A stretch of DNA of 64,000 bases, from assembly GCA_963665115.1 (NCBI GenBank), contig OY762007.1, forward strand, positions 1,824,001 through 1,888,000. Direction: 5' to 3'. Source of the stretch: an uncultured Rivularia sp. Its GTDB lineage: Bacteria; Cyanobacteriota; Cyanobacteriia; Cyanobacteriales; Nostocaceae. The translations under genes were made by a program, and so were the position numbers. This document shows, in pieces, positions 31,637 through 45,722 of the stretch (its first letter is position 1; every line of letters begins with the position of its first letter). Below the pieces are notes generated by a model. That model was not told where the DNA came from. It saw only the letters and a program-made list of their open reading frames with translations, and made no database searches.

Positions 31637-32272
31637 TTAAACGGCTATCTTTTCACGCACCTGAGAGACAAAATTAGAAAGTATTTGTAGTCCGACATTA
31701 GAGGATTTTTCGGGGTGAAACTGAACTGCGGTGACATTATCATAAGCAACGGCAGCAGTTACAGTTTGACTACCGTGAGTTACGGTTGCAGCCCGTACTT
31801 TTTTTTCTACTGGATCGACGTAGAAAGAATGAACAAAGTATACCCAAGGTTGCGGGGGTAAATGCTCCCATAAAAGACTTCTTGCTTGGGTTACTTCTAA
31901 TTGATTCCAACCCATATGAGGAATTCTTATTTCTGAGGAAGCACGAAAACGCTTTACTTTTCCTGGAATTATTCCCAATCCATTTTCAACTCCTTCCTCG
32001 GACGATTCAAAGAGAATTTGCATTCCCAGACATATTCCTAAGAAAGGTTTACCGCTGTAGATGACATTCTTTATTGGTTCAATCAAACCTCGCGATCGCA
32101 AATTTTGCATTGCTGGGTCGAATGCACCAACACCAGGTAATACAATAGCATTGGCTCTTTCTAAATCTTTTGGAGAACTTGTAACTTTAGGAGTTGCACC
32201 AGCTCTTTCTAAAGCTTTACAAACTGAGTGCAAATTTCCCATGTCATAATCAATTACTGCAATTACCGCCAT
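31637..32272 (-). CDS. hisH: Imidazole glycerol phosphate synthase glutaminase subunit
   Basis: DYDMGNLHSV, LPGVGAF, GICLGMQ, PHMGWN, QFHPEKS. Confidence 0.97.
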   Translation of the reverse strand: MAVIAVIDYDMGNLHSVCKALERAGATPKVTSSPKDLERANAIVLPGVGAFDPAMQNLRSRGLIEPIKNVIYSGKPFLGICLGMQILFESSEEGVENGLGIIPGKVKRFRASSEIRIPHMGWNQLEVTQARSLLWEHLPPQPWVYFVHSFYVDPVEKKVRAATVTHGSQTVTAAVAYDNVTAVQFHPEKSSNVGLQILSNFVSQVREKIAV

Positions 32273-33044
32273 AACCTACTCCCGATAAATTTATAGATGG
32301 AGGGTGTTTCTATTTTAAATAATAAATTTTAGCAAGGCAAAGATTGTTATTTACTTCCGAACAAATTTTGGCTTATACGTTACAAATAAATTTGTTCTGA
32401 ACAATTCCTGCTTAAAATTGCTTTACATTGTTAGATTCTCTCGATGATTTGATTTTCCTGCATTGACTTACCTGTAAAATTACAACTTGTTAGTTTAAGA
32501 GAAATTAAAGAACAGCGAACTTTTAACTCTATGCTATTCTAAGCGGCTCAATGATGCAAAGTAATAAGCCATTAATTTCAAAAATTAAGTGGCAAACATA
32601 GTAAAACTTGCGTCTTCACCCTGCTTTTTTTTGAGACTTGAACGGATATAAACCCTTACAACATCTCTACTATTACCTAATTTTTAAATAAGCATCTAAT
32701 AATTACTATAGTACAGACATATTGCCGTTTTAGTAAATAATATAGATTTGCACAAACTGTGTTGCATACAACTGTTGATTAAAAGCAATAAATGCTGGCA
32801 TGGCAATTATGAACCGTTGACATCAAACACAGCTTCGGATAACTTTATTGTCCATCTGTTTTATTATTCAATTTTAGATCGCTGGCTCGTACCTAAATTT
32901 TTAGATGTTGTATCTTGATTCAAGTTATTATTTTGACAAAAAAAAACGTCTATAATTGTTGTCAATTTGCGATTAATTAGAAGTCAGGTAGGCACTTTCA
33001 TCGATATAGGTGCGTCTTTAATGAAACGAAAAAACTAAAGATAT

Positions 33045-34406
33045 ATGTTCTCATTTTTACTCAATTATACTATTGCTCAAACAACTACTTTCACCCCCGC
33101 ACCTGTAGAAGTAGTACAGCCACAACAAGTACGTCCTTTACCAGGTAGACTTGATAATGTTCCGGTTTTTAATAGCAATAGTCCGGAATTAGTTCTCAAA
33201 GAAGGAATTCTGCTTTCGACATTTCGGGGAAGAGGAAAAAAAGTGCCCTCAGCACACCTTGATTTTCCTTTTAAAGGACGATTTGATATATTTGCCCATC
33301 ATATCGCTAAAGCATCTAAACCTTCGGATTTAAGGACGTTATACCTGGGGATAATTCTGCACAATCCCACTTCCCAACCTGTTACGGTAAATGTATTAAA
33401 TGCGGCTAGTTATTTGAGTCAACCGGATGCACCATTTATTGATTTACCATCCCAAAAAACTAATTATTTTGGTAGGGTATTTTCGGGCCCTGGAAGTCGC
33501 GTCATGAGCGATATTCTCAGAAAACGTCGTCAATCAACATTACCTGCTAAAGTAATAATTCCAGCAGGGGAAAGTCGCATGATGATGAATGCACCCATTC
33601 CTGTAAAAGAATTAGAACCGCCGATAAATGGACGTTCTACTTTAATGCGATTGCGGAGCAGCGGTAAAGTATATGCAGCATCTTTAGCAATGTTTGCACC
33701 CACTAACCCCGACGGAAACGAACGTGCGCCAACATTACAAGAATGGCAAAATTTACTTGATAACGGTGATTTAGCAGGGCCAAGAGATAAAGCTCCAACT
33801 CCACCCGAAGACATCAACAAACCAATTATCTACGGCAGAGTATCCGGAGTCGCAAAAGGTTCTCAGTGGAATTCCTTAGTCGTTGATAGTCCTAAAAAAA
33901 CTTATCTTACAATTCCCCAATCGGGTAAAGCTTTTTCCTACGGTATTGCTACCTTACATCGCGGAACTTTAGGAACCAACCAAATTCAAAGTGCTAAAAT
34001 GTTAGCACGATATCCGGACACTGCATATTACACTCATGGCAACTATGGGATTTGGTACAGTTTGCAGTTACCTTTATTAAATAAATCTTCAGCACCGCAG
34101 ACTGTTAAAGTATCATTGCAAACACCTATTAAAGAAGATAAATTAACCAAAGATGGGTTACGCTTCTTTGATAATCCATCTAAGCGAATATTCTTTCGCG
34201 GTACAGTAAGGGTGCGTTATACGGATGACAGAGGATTACCGCGCACTCGGTACTTGCATTTAGTACAAAATAGAGGTGAAAAAGGAGAACCTTTAACGAT
34301 ATTAAATATGAAACCAGGTGCTAAAAGACTTGTAGAAGTTGATTTACTGTATCCCCCAGATGCGACACCACCCCAGGTACTTACGGTTGAGACGGAAGAT
34401 AAATAA
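33045..34406 (+). CDS. DUF3370-family protein
   Basis: VRPLPGRLDNVPVFNSNSPE, HGNYG, YPPDATPPQVLTV. Confidence 0.8.
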   Translation: MFSFLLNYTIAQTTTFTPAPVEVVQPQQVRPLPGRLDNVPVFNSNSPELVLKEGILLSTFRGRGKKVPSAHLDFPFKGRFDIFAHHIAKASKPSDLRTLYLGIILHNPTSQPVTVNVLNAASYLSQPDAPFIDLPSQKTNYFGRVFSGPGSRVMSDILRKRRQSTLPAKVIIPAGESRMMMNAPIPVKELEPPINGRSTLMRLRSSGKVYAASLAMFAPTNPDGNERAPTLQEWQNLLDNGDLAGPRDKAPTPPEDINKPIIYGRVSGVAKGSQWNSLVVDSPKKTYLTIPQSGKAFSYGIATLHRGTLGTNQIQSAKMLARYPDTAYYTHGNYGIWYSLQLPLLNKSSAPQTVKVSLQTPIKEDKLTKDGLRFFDNPSKRIFFRGTVRVRYTDDRGLPRTRYLHLVQNRGEKGEPLTILNMKPGAKRLVEVDLLYPPDATPPQVLTVETEDK

Positions 34407-34415
34407 AATTTTCTC

Positions 34416-34727
34416 GTAGGGTGCTGTGACGGTTACGGTAACTTATCAACTGTAACAAAATTGTTCAAATTTACCGTCACGCACCAAACTAAATACTACG
34501 CTTATTATAGTGTTATGTAGAATACAATCATCAACGTCGGCATCCCAAGCAGCAGTCAGATTAGCATCAGTCAAATCAACTCGCTCAAATACGACAGCAT
34601 CTAAAAGTGCATTACTTAAATCAACACAAATTTAATCGTAAATTCGTTAAATTCGCATGGTGGATTAAACGCAATAGAAAAATTACCCTTTAAAGCAATA
34701 TATAGTTAAGTGTCTAACACACCCTAC
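34416..34727. repeat. Inverted pair of long-loop GTAG REP-like palindromes (34416-34485 plus, 34657-34727 minus)
   Basis: GTAGGGTGCTGTGACGGT..ACCGTCACGCACC and GTAGGGTGTGTTAGACAC..GCGTTTAATCCACCAT. Confidence 0.7.
34530..34630 (-). pseudogene. Pentapeptide-repeat gene fragment
   Basis: Translates to VDLSNALLDAVVFERVDLTDANLTAA; no start. Confidence 0.6.
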
Positions 34728-34769
34728 AAAATTCAAATAATTTAATTTATATAGAAGTAATTAAACAGC

Positions 34770-34805
34770 AAAAAACCCTTCTGTCATATTCAGAAGGGTT
34801 TTTTT
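34770..34805 (-). terminator. Intrinsic terminator of the rrn operon (bidirectional)
   Basis: A-tract-CCCTTCTG-loop-CAGAAGGG-T-tract just beyond the 5S gene. Confidence 0.85.
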
Positions 34806-34814
34806 AAATTACAA

Positions 34815-34933
34815 ACCTGGCACCGAGCTATTTTCACAGGAGGCAACCCTCCAACTATCGTCGCCGCAACGGCGTTTCACCTCTGAGTTCGGGATGGGAT
34901 CAGTGTGGTTCCACCGTGCCATAAGCACCAGGA
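34815..34933 (-). rRNA. rrf: 5S rRNA
   Basis: TCCTGGTG...GAACCACACTGATCCCATCCCGAACTCAG...GTGCCAGG. Confidence 0.97.
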
Positions 34934-35027
34934 AACTTGTAGGGAATACAGAATCCCTGAAGGCTGCACATTCACGCGCTTTTTGTAAAAATGATTAGTA
35001 TCTTTAAAATGTAGAACATCAATTGAT

Positions 35028-37848
<2,821 letters not shown>

Positions 37849-38067
37849 ACAAAGATATTCCAATACAATCATCGGTTACAAAATAGGATATCTAGATACT
37901 TTCCTTAACTACTTAAAGTAATCAAGGACTACCTAAATCATTTCGCGTGAATATGCAGTTTTCAAGGTTCTGACTGGATAATAATCCAGCATTCCAATTT
38001 ATTTCTATATAAATTTGGGTGCTGAAACTTATCTACTTTTTTCACTCATAATTCAATCAAAAAAATT

Positions 38068-38143
38068 TGGTGGAGGTAAGCGGACTCGAACCGCTGACAT
38101 CTGCCTTGCAAAGGCAGCGCTCTACCAACTGAGCTATACCCCC
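38068..38143 (-). tRNA. tRNA-Ala(TGC), CCA encoded
   Basis: GGGGGTATAGCTCAG...TTTGCAA...GGTTCGAGTCC...CCACCA. Confidence 0.97.
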
Positions 38144-38196
38144 ATCTACAGCTACCAGTGACCAAATAATTATTTAATACTGTTTGCTGTTTCAGG

Positions 38197-38270
<74 letters not shown>

Positions 38271-38413
38271 ATAAGTTATGAGTTCTTACGAACCGAACCT
38301 ATAATTGTTTGAAAGCCTTTCAAATACCTAAATCTACATCACGACCTGGGATATACCAACTCGATCATCTAATCACAAATTGCTTTGGATGTATGAGTGG
38401 TTAGGTCTCCCTG

Positions 38414-39898
<1,485 letters not shown>

Positions 39899-40113
39899 TT
39901 GGATAAGTTGAATACTTAGCAAATAGTCACATCCGTAACCACCTAAGCATCCTTCGTCCTTGACTGACTTTTTTTAAACCTTAGTCTTGGTTAATTACTT
40001 TACTAACGCAGACCTTTTATGGTATGCTGGCTTTCAAACAAATATATAGTTTTCTTGGTTCGGAACCCTTGAGGAGTCGGCGTTTTGCGCTTCTCTCTCT
40101 CAGGCACTTATAC

Positions 40114-40142
40114 ATAGTACCGAGAACACCTATTCGTGTCAA
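40114..40142 (-). promoter_or_regulatory. rrn operon promoter
   Basis: TTGACA-17bp-TACTAT with A-rich UP-like region, about 215 nt upstream of 16S. Confidence 0.8.
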
Positions 40143-40344
40143 CTCTTTTTTCAAAAAATTTTGGAATTAGTTTATTTGTCATCGCTATAATCCCTACTCC
40201 ACAACGGTTTTAAGCGATAAAAATTTTTTAGTTATTTTGAAAAATGCTTTCATGGAAGCGAACTTTATTGGTTTCGCGTCTATCGAGGGCGAACTTATTG
40301 CCGAATTTTCGATTTAAGTTGGTAGTTTAGGTTTGGAAATTCTG

Positions 40345-40707
40345 TTTGGCATGATGACGGTCCAAATTGCTTCTATATAGAAAAAGTCCGGCAGCGCGTA
40401 TATAGAACCTATTTGTAATCTTTTATTGAAATGCAAAGGCTTATAGATTCCAAATGGATTCTATATATTGAGATGCATAAGAATTATTTTTTTGATGGCG
40501 GAGGGTTGAAGCCGTTCCTATACAGGAAAAATCCGCTTCCGTAGACTATATATATAGAAGTTATTCAATTTGACGGTTGAAACCGGGCTTAAACAGGCAA
40601 AGTCCCCCCTGCGCGGGCTGTGTATATGAGAATTATTTTTTGATGGCGGAGGGTTGAAGCCGTTCCTATACAAGAAAAAAATCTGCTTCCGTGGACTATA
40701 TATAGAA
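40345..40707 (+). repeat. Degenerate tandem array of ~70-80 bp two-hairpin units upstream of the rrn promoter
   Basis: Near-identical copies at 40480-40559 and 40629-40707 with a diverged unit between. Confidence 0.8.
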
Positions 40708-40881
40708 ATTTTGAGCGATTCAAGGTTTGTAGCTGAGGTTTTTTCGCTAAGGTTTTAAAGCGGTTGGTTGAAAGTATTTGTTATCCGAGCAGCACATTGC
40801 ACTGAGCCTCGAATAATTTAGTATGGATGAACTAATAAAATAACTAAATCAACCAAACTGCCTTATGAGACAGAAATTAAA

Positions 40882-41056
40882 TAAGTACTTAGGCAAAATT
40901 AATTGTGTATTTGTCATTGCGAGTGGAACGAAGTGAAACGAAGCATTCACCGAAGGTGTGGATCATCGCAGCACTTTGCGATTACTATGTCCTATCGGAC
41001 ACGCTTCGCTAACGCTGTCGCTCGTAATGACACAAATAATTTTGCACACCCACTTA
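40882..41056. mobile_element. MITE-like element with imperfect TIRs and nested palindromes
   Basis: TAAGTacttagGCAAAATTA / TAATTTTGCacacccACTTA ends; inner GTCATTGCGAG / CTCGTAATGAC. Confidence 0.6.
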
Positions 41057-41183
41057 TCCCTCTTGTTTCACTCTCTGGAAAGCTTTTATTTTTTATAATC
41101 TCGAAATTCTTGTACACAAAGCAATTGCGAACTTCTAAACTAATATTAAATCAAGGCATATAGAAAACATATCCTAGAATTAT

Positions 41184-41584
41184 TTAATTTTGAATTTTAA
41201 AACCCTTACTATCTATAGCTTGTAAGAACCCAGTAAAGTTTCTAGTATTAGTAAACACCGAATGCCTTAAAAGACGTTGATTTGCTGCCACCATACTATA
41301 GGCGATCGCAATTATTAGTCCCATTAAAGGTGCAACTATCATCGCCCCAATAATGGTTGCCGCACTATTGGCTAAAAATTCAAAAGTTGCAATTACCCCA
41401 GATAGTGAAAGTAAAACATAAAAGCTGATTGAAGGAACCGCACCTCTCCACAAACTGCGCTTAATTCCCGCGATTTATATCGCTTTCTCTGCCAACCAAG
41501 GTCACAGTCTCCACTATTACTCTCCCACAACCATACAAATTTTTTCTTACTCCAACCACCAAGTTTTTTAACTAGCAAAAGCAT
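41184..41584 (-). pseudogene. Truncated, frameshifted DUF389 membrane protein
   Basis: SGVIAT..LANSAATIIGAMIVAPLMG motif; split across two frames; C-terminus missing. Confidence 0.75.
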
Positions 41585-41805
41585 TTGGAATATATTGCCT
41601 TTACTTAAAATGTATGAATAAATACAGTTAGTTACGATTCAACCAGATTTTATTTGCCAGTACTATCTTGCGGAATGTGGGTTATAGATTGCGTTACTTT
41701 ATTTTTTCTTAGCCTGAAGACAGGCTTATCCAAAAAAAATCGACACCGCTAACCAAAAAGTTAGCGATGCGAAAATTAAATTTATTTAAGATACTTTAGA
41801 AAAAA

Positions 41806-42207
41806 TTAGAACTTAATTCCCAATTGTCCGTTGATACCGCGACGTGTATTGTAACCAGCACCAACCATTAAGTTTTCAGTAGGGTTAACTTGTACTCCAC
41901 CCGAAAGGGATACACCTTTACCTTCAGTATAATATCCAACCCCAACATAAGGAGAAACAGCAGGTAAAGGAAGGAATTGCAGTACATCTACACCAACAGC
42001 ACCATCTTCTCCTACTCCCAATTCCGCACCGTAACCCATAACCTTTGCACCCACAGCATAAGTAACATCACCATCTTTAGTTCCAACAGATACCCAAGGT
42101 TCTGGAACTATATTTGGAACTATTTGAGCATCAGCTTGCTGAGGTGCAAATACAGCCAATAAACCTAAAGACGCAGCTAATGTTTTACCGATAAAAGCTA
42201 TTTTCAT
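41806..42207 (-). CDS. Small secreted/outer-membrane beta-barrel-like protein
   Basis: Signal peptide ADA, alternating beta strands, SPYVGVG, terminal Phe. Confidence 0.7.
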   Translation of the reverse strand: MKIAFIGKTLAASLGLLAVFAPQQADAQIVPNIVPEPWVSVGTKDGDVTYAVGAKVMGYGAELGVGEDGAVGVDVLQFLPLPAVSPYVGVGYYTEGKGVSLSGGVQVNPTENLMVGAGYNTRRGINGQLGIKF

Positions 42208-42479
42208 TTTCGACTCCTACACTACCTATTAATAATTATGATTTGTTCATAACTTACTTCTCGTGACGGATATTACACTGTTTGTGTGCCGAGTTGGGAA
42301 AAATTTGTGAAAGAGAGAGAGGGTAAAGAGAGCAGGGGAAGCAGGGGAGGCAATTAATTTTATTTCTTAATTATTTATTTTCTACCTCCGCTCTCTTCTA
42401 TTCATAACTCCTAACCGTTCATTGTCCACTGCTACTTTTGTTTTAGTAAAAAATTATACTGATTGGTTTACTTGTCCGT

Positions 42480-43225
42480 GTAAATTTAAGCTCAATACTG
42501 GTTATAATATTTATGTGTTGGCAATTTCGCTTAAAGTATTTGCATATTGCAAGATGGCTGGGCGGATAAAATAACCTTGCTTGTAACCAGATATCAGCGG
42601 ATTTCTACCGTCTACTAACAACTTGCCACCTGATGGCACTCCTTATTCAATCAACCTTTCAATTCGGGTTTTACTTCCGGCACTAATTACGGCTCCCGTT
42701 TATACCTTATTATTTAAGCCGTTACCTACAATTCGCTTGTTTGCAACTTCGGCGATCGCTTGGGTAAAAGTTTCTTTCGCTTCCCCTACAGTTATTGTCA
42801 CCGAAGCATTCAGGCAACTTTGTCCAGCTAAACCGAAAGCACTATCGGCAGCGATGCGGGTTATTCTAACTATGTCTGCGTCGGGCAAAACCACAATCGG
42901 ATTTTTCGCACCACCTTGATACTGCATTCGTTTTTTATTGGCAGCACCCCAACTGTAAAGATATTTGGCTACGGGTGACGAGCCAACAAAACTAATTGCT
43001 TTTATTTGTGGATGCTCTACTATTACGTCTACAGTTTCTTTCCCACCATCAACTAAATTAACTACATCTTCGGGTAAGCTAGTTTGTTCTAAATAATTGA
43101 AAGATTTTCTGCATCGTCAACGGTACCTTTTCCAAAGGTTTGAGAATGTAGGTGTTACCGCAAGCTAAAGCATATGGTAAAAACCAGAAAGGAATCATCG
43201 GAAAACTGAAAGGACAACTAGTTTA
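42480..43225 (-). pseudogene. Decayed methylmalonate-semialdehyde dehydrogenase (MmsA-like ALDH)
   Basis: [52 protein letters not shown]; stops and frameshifts. Confidence 0.8.
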
Positions 43226-43466
43226 TTAGCTTTAGCAACCAGAACAGCAGCCGGAAATTCTTATTAAGAATAATGCAATATATTAGTTCAAATCAACACT
43301 GGAACTATTCCTTTACACAAACGTCAAAGAGTAAATGTTCTCAAAATGATAGACTAAAAATTAAATTTATTATTCGGGAAATACTGGTACTTTTTTTCCG
43401 GAGAATACATAGAAAGACTGAAAACTTTATTCAAGTAAATTCTCTGGTTGCTCGCAAATCATACAC

Positions 43467-44753
43467 ATGAGACTACCCTTATTATTCCTTAGCGCCGCTA
43501 GCAGTATTCTGCTTTTATCCTCTCCATTAAATGCGGCTAATTTTCAATCATGGCATTTTAATCCTACGCGGAATCAACTTAACTTAACTACTGATTCGGG
43601 AGTTCAACCAAGAGCGTTTTTAATTAACAATCCGACGCGACTTGTAATTGATTTACCCGGTACGAAATTGAGTGGTAATACTATTCGCAAAAAATTTGGT
43701 TCGTCAGTACGAGAAGTTAGAGTTGGAAAAGTTGATGATAAAACTACTCGTTTGGTGGTGGAATTAGCACCAGGTTATACAGTTTCTCCCGAAAAGCTAT
43801 TAGTAAAAGGCGATACTTCTTCCCATTGGATTGTTAATTTTTCATCTATAGAGCGCATTACCTCCAACTCTAATCAAAGTTCTGGTGAAGAAAAGATTCC
43901 CGTGCCGTTTCCTGCTGCATCTTCATTTGCGGGGGTTGTTCCTGTAGGAAGTAAAATACCACAACTCCATTCTCAAGTGAAAAGTTTGATGTCTCGCTAC
44001 AGTTATTTAGATCCGGGAATCTTTTTCATGGATTTGGAAACTGGAGATTATTTAGACATAAATGGAGAGAAGGCATTTCCCGCAGCTTCTACAATTAAAC
44101 TTCCGCTTTTAGTTGCTTTATTTGAAGAAGTAGATGCAGGTAGAGTTAAGTTAAATGAAACTGTAGTCATGCGTCGCGATTTGATGACTGGAGGTTCCGG
44201 AACAATGCGTTATAAACGTCCCGGTACTAAGTTTAGTTTGATGGAAACCGTGACTAAAATGATTACCATCAGCGATAATACCGCAACTAATATGGTGATC
44301 GATCGCTTAGGTGGTAAAGCTAGATTAAATCAGCGTTTTCGTAATTGGGGATTGCAAAACACTGTCATACGCAATCTACTTGGTGATTTTAAAGGAACTA
44401 ACACTACTAGCCCTAAAGATTTAGCTAGAGTTGGAGCTTTGATTTCTAATAATTTGTTGTTAAGTAATACCAGCCGTGCCAAAGTTTTAGATATTATGCA
44501 TCGCGTCGAGAATAAAGCGTATTTAGCATCAGGTTTTGGTAGTAATGCAAAATTTGCTCACAAAACAGGAACTTTAGGAATTGTTCTTGGTGATGCAGGT
44601 ATTGTAACAATGCCCAATGGTAAGCGTTATTTAGCCGGTATTATGGTAAATAGACCTTTTCGCGATGCACGGGCTAAATCCTTTATTAAACAAGTTTCTC
44701 GAATAGTTTACGGACACATGAATAAACCACAAGTAAGCAGTTTACCAAGATAA
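43467..44753 (+). CDS. AMIN-domain serine hydrolase (class A beta-lactamase-like, PBP-A type)
   Basis: NPTRLVIDLPG (AMIN); ASTIK, SDN and HKTG motifs. Confidence 0.9.
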   Translation: MRLPLLFLSAASSILLLSSPLNAANFQSWHFNPTRNQLNLTTDSGVQPRAFLINNPTRLVIDLPGTKLSGNTIRKKFGSSVREVRVGKVDDKTTRLVVELAPGYTVSPEKLLVKGDTSSHWIVNFSSIERITSNSNQSSGEEKIPVPFPAASSFAGVVPVGSKIPQLHSQVKSLMSRYSYLDPGIFFMDLETGDYLDINGEKAFPAASTIKLPLLVALFEEVDAGRVKLNETVVMRRDLMTGGSGTMRYKRPGTKFSLMETVTKMITISDNTATNMVIDRLGGKARLNQRFRNWGLQNTVIRNLLGDFKGTNTTSPKDLARVGALISNNLLLSNTSRAKVLDIMHRVENKAYLASGFGSNAKFAHKTGTLGIVLGDAGIVTMPNGKRYLAGIMVNRPFRDARAKSFIKQVSRIVYGHMNKPQVSSLPR

Positions 44754-45012
44754 GTTTCGGTCTAATTTTATATTTTTATTAATGTAGAGATGGGGTTTAA
44801 TATGCTTCGTCTCTACAATTTTTTTTGCCAAGATTAACTTTATTAACGTTCAAGCAAGTAAACTTCTAACAAAAGCAGGCATTTTTGATAAATTTAAATT
44901 TTGATTGATTACAGTTTGATTAATATTTAATATTTGTTATAAAGCATATACAGTGAATGCAAATTGGAATGAATGCTTTAACATGAATTTAGGAAATGAT
45001 TGGGAAAAGTAA

Positions 45013-45565
45013 ATGACTTTTATTGCTGCAAAGTGGACGGTTGAAGATTATCATCGAATGATTGCCGCTGGGATTTTGCGCGATCGCCAAGTTGAACTAC
45101 TCAAAGGAGAAATTGTCCAAATGCCACCAGAAGGGGAACCTCACGCTTATTGTAGCGATGAAGCAGCAGAGTATTTAAGTGAATTATTGGGTAAGCGTGC
45201 TAAAGTTCGTCAAGCGAAACCAATTACTTTACCCAACGATTCGGAAACCGGAACCAGATTTAGCCATTGTCCAACGTTTAGGAAGGGATTATCGAGAACA
45301 TCATCCCTATGTAGAAAATATTTTTTGGGTAATTGAGTATTCCAATACTACTTTAGAAAAAGATTTAGAAATAAAAAGCAAAATTTATGCTGAAGCTGGA
45401 ATTAAAGAGTATTGGGTTGTTAATCTAAAAAGATTACATTTAATAGTATTTAGAGATCCATTAGATGGAGATTATGCGACTAAATTTACGCTAACTGCGG
45501 GAACAATTCAACCGATTGCATTTAGTGATATTTCTGTTTTGGTTGAGCGGATTATTAATAAGTAA
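45013..45565 (+). pseudogene. Uma2 endonuclease with +1 frameshift at 45245-45247; possibly an assembly error
   Basis: KWTVEDYHRM...LPNDS then an extra A; removal restores EPEPDLAIV, colinear with the intact paralog at 63146. Confidence 0.85.
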
Positions 45566-45722
45566 TCGGTAATTTACTATAGTTACGTTATCCGTGCGTA
45601 AGTCCTTAAGAATTAAAAATTACTAATTGTTTTGATAATATCTGTCTTTACCTGGGAACTATAAATTTAATAACTTAGAACCATATGGTATATTTGTACT
45701 ATACTGGAGATTAATTTAAATT

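Noticed and set aside
32273..33044. Long intergenic region as a possible sRNA or riboswitch
   Set aside because: No convincing structure or motif; consistent with divergent promoters. TTGACA and TATAAT near 32933-32956 are only 12 bp apart.
40480..40707. Possible CRISPR array (GGTTGAAAC-like motif at ~70-77 bp spacing)
   Set aside because: The shared block is about 80 bp, the 'spacer' is itself a diverged unit, the units match a dispersed repeat family, and no cas genes are present
40903..41163. 86-aa ORF
   Set aside because: Reads through a MITE-like palindromic repeat; unlikely to be coding
43467..44753. Acquired beta-lactamase resistance gene
   Set aside because: AMIN-fused PBP-A-like serine hydrolase common in cyanobacteria; no mobility context
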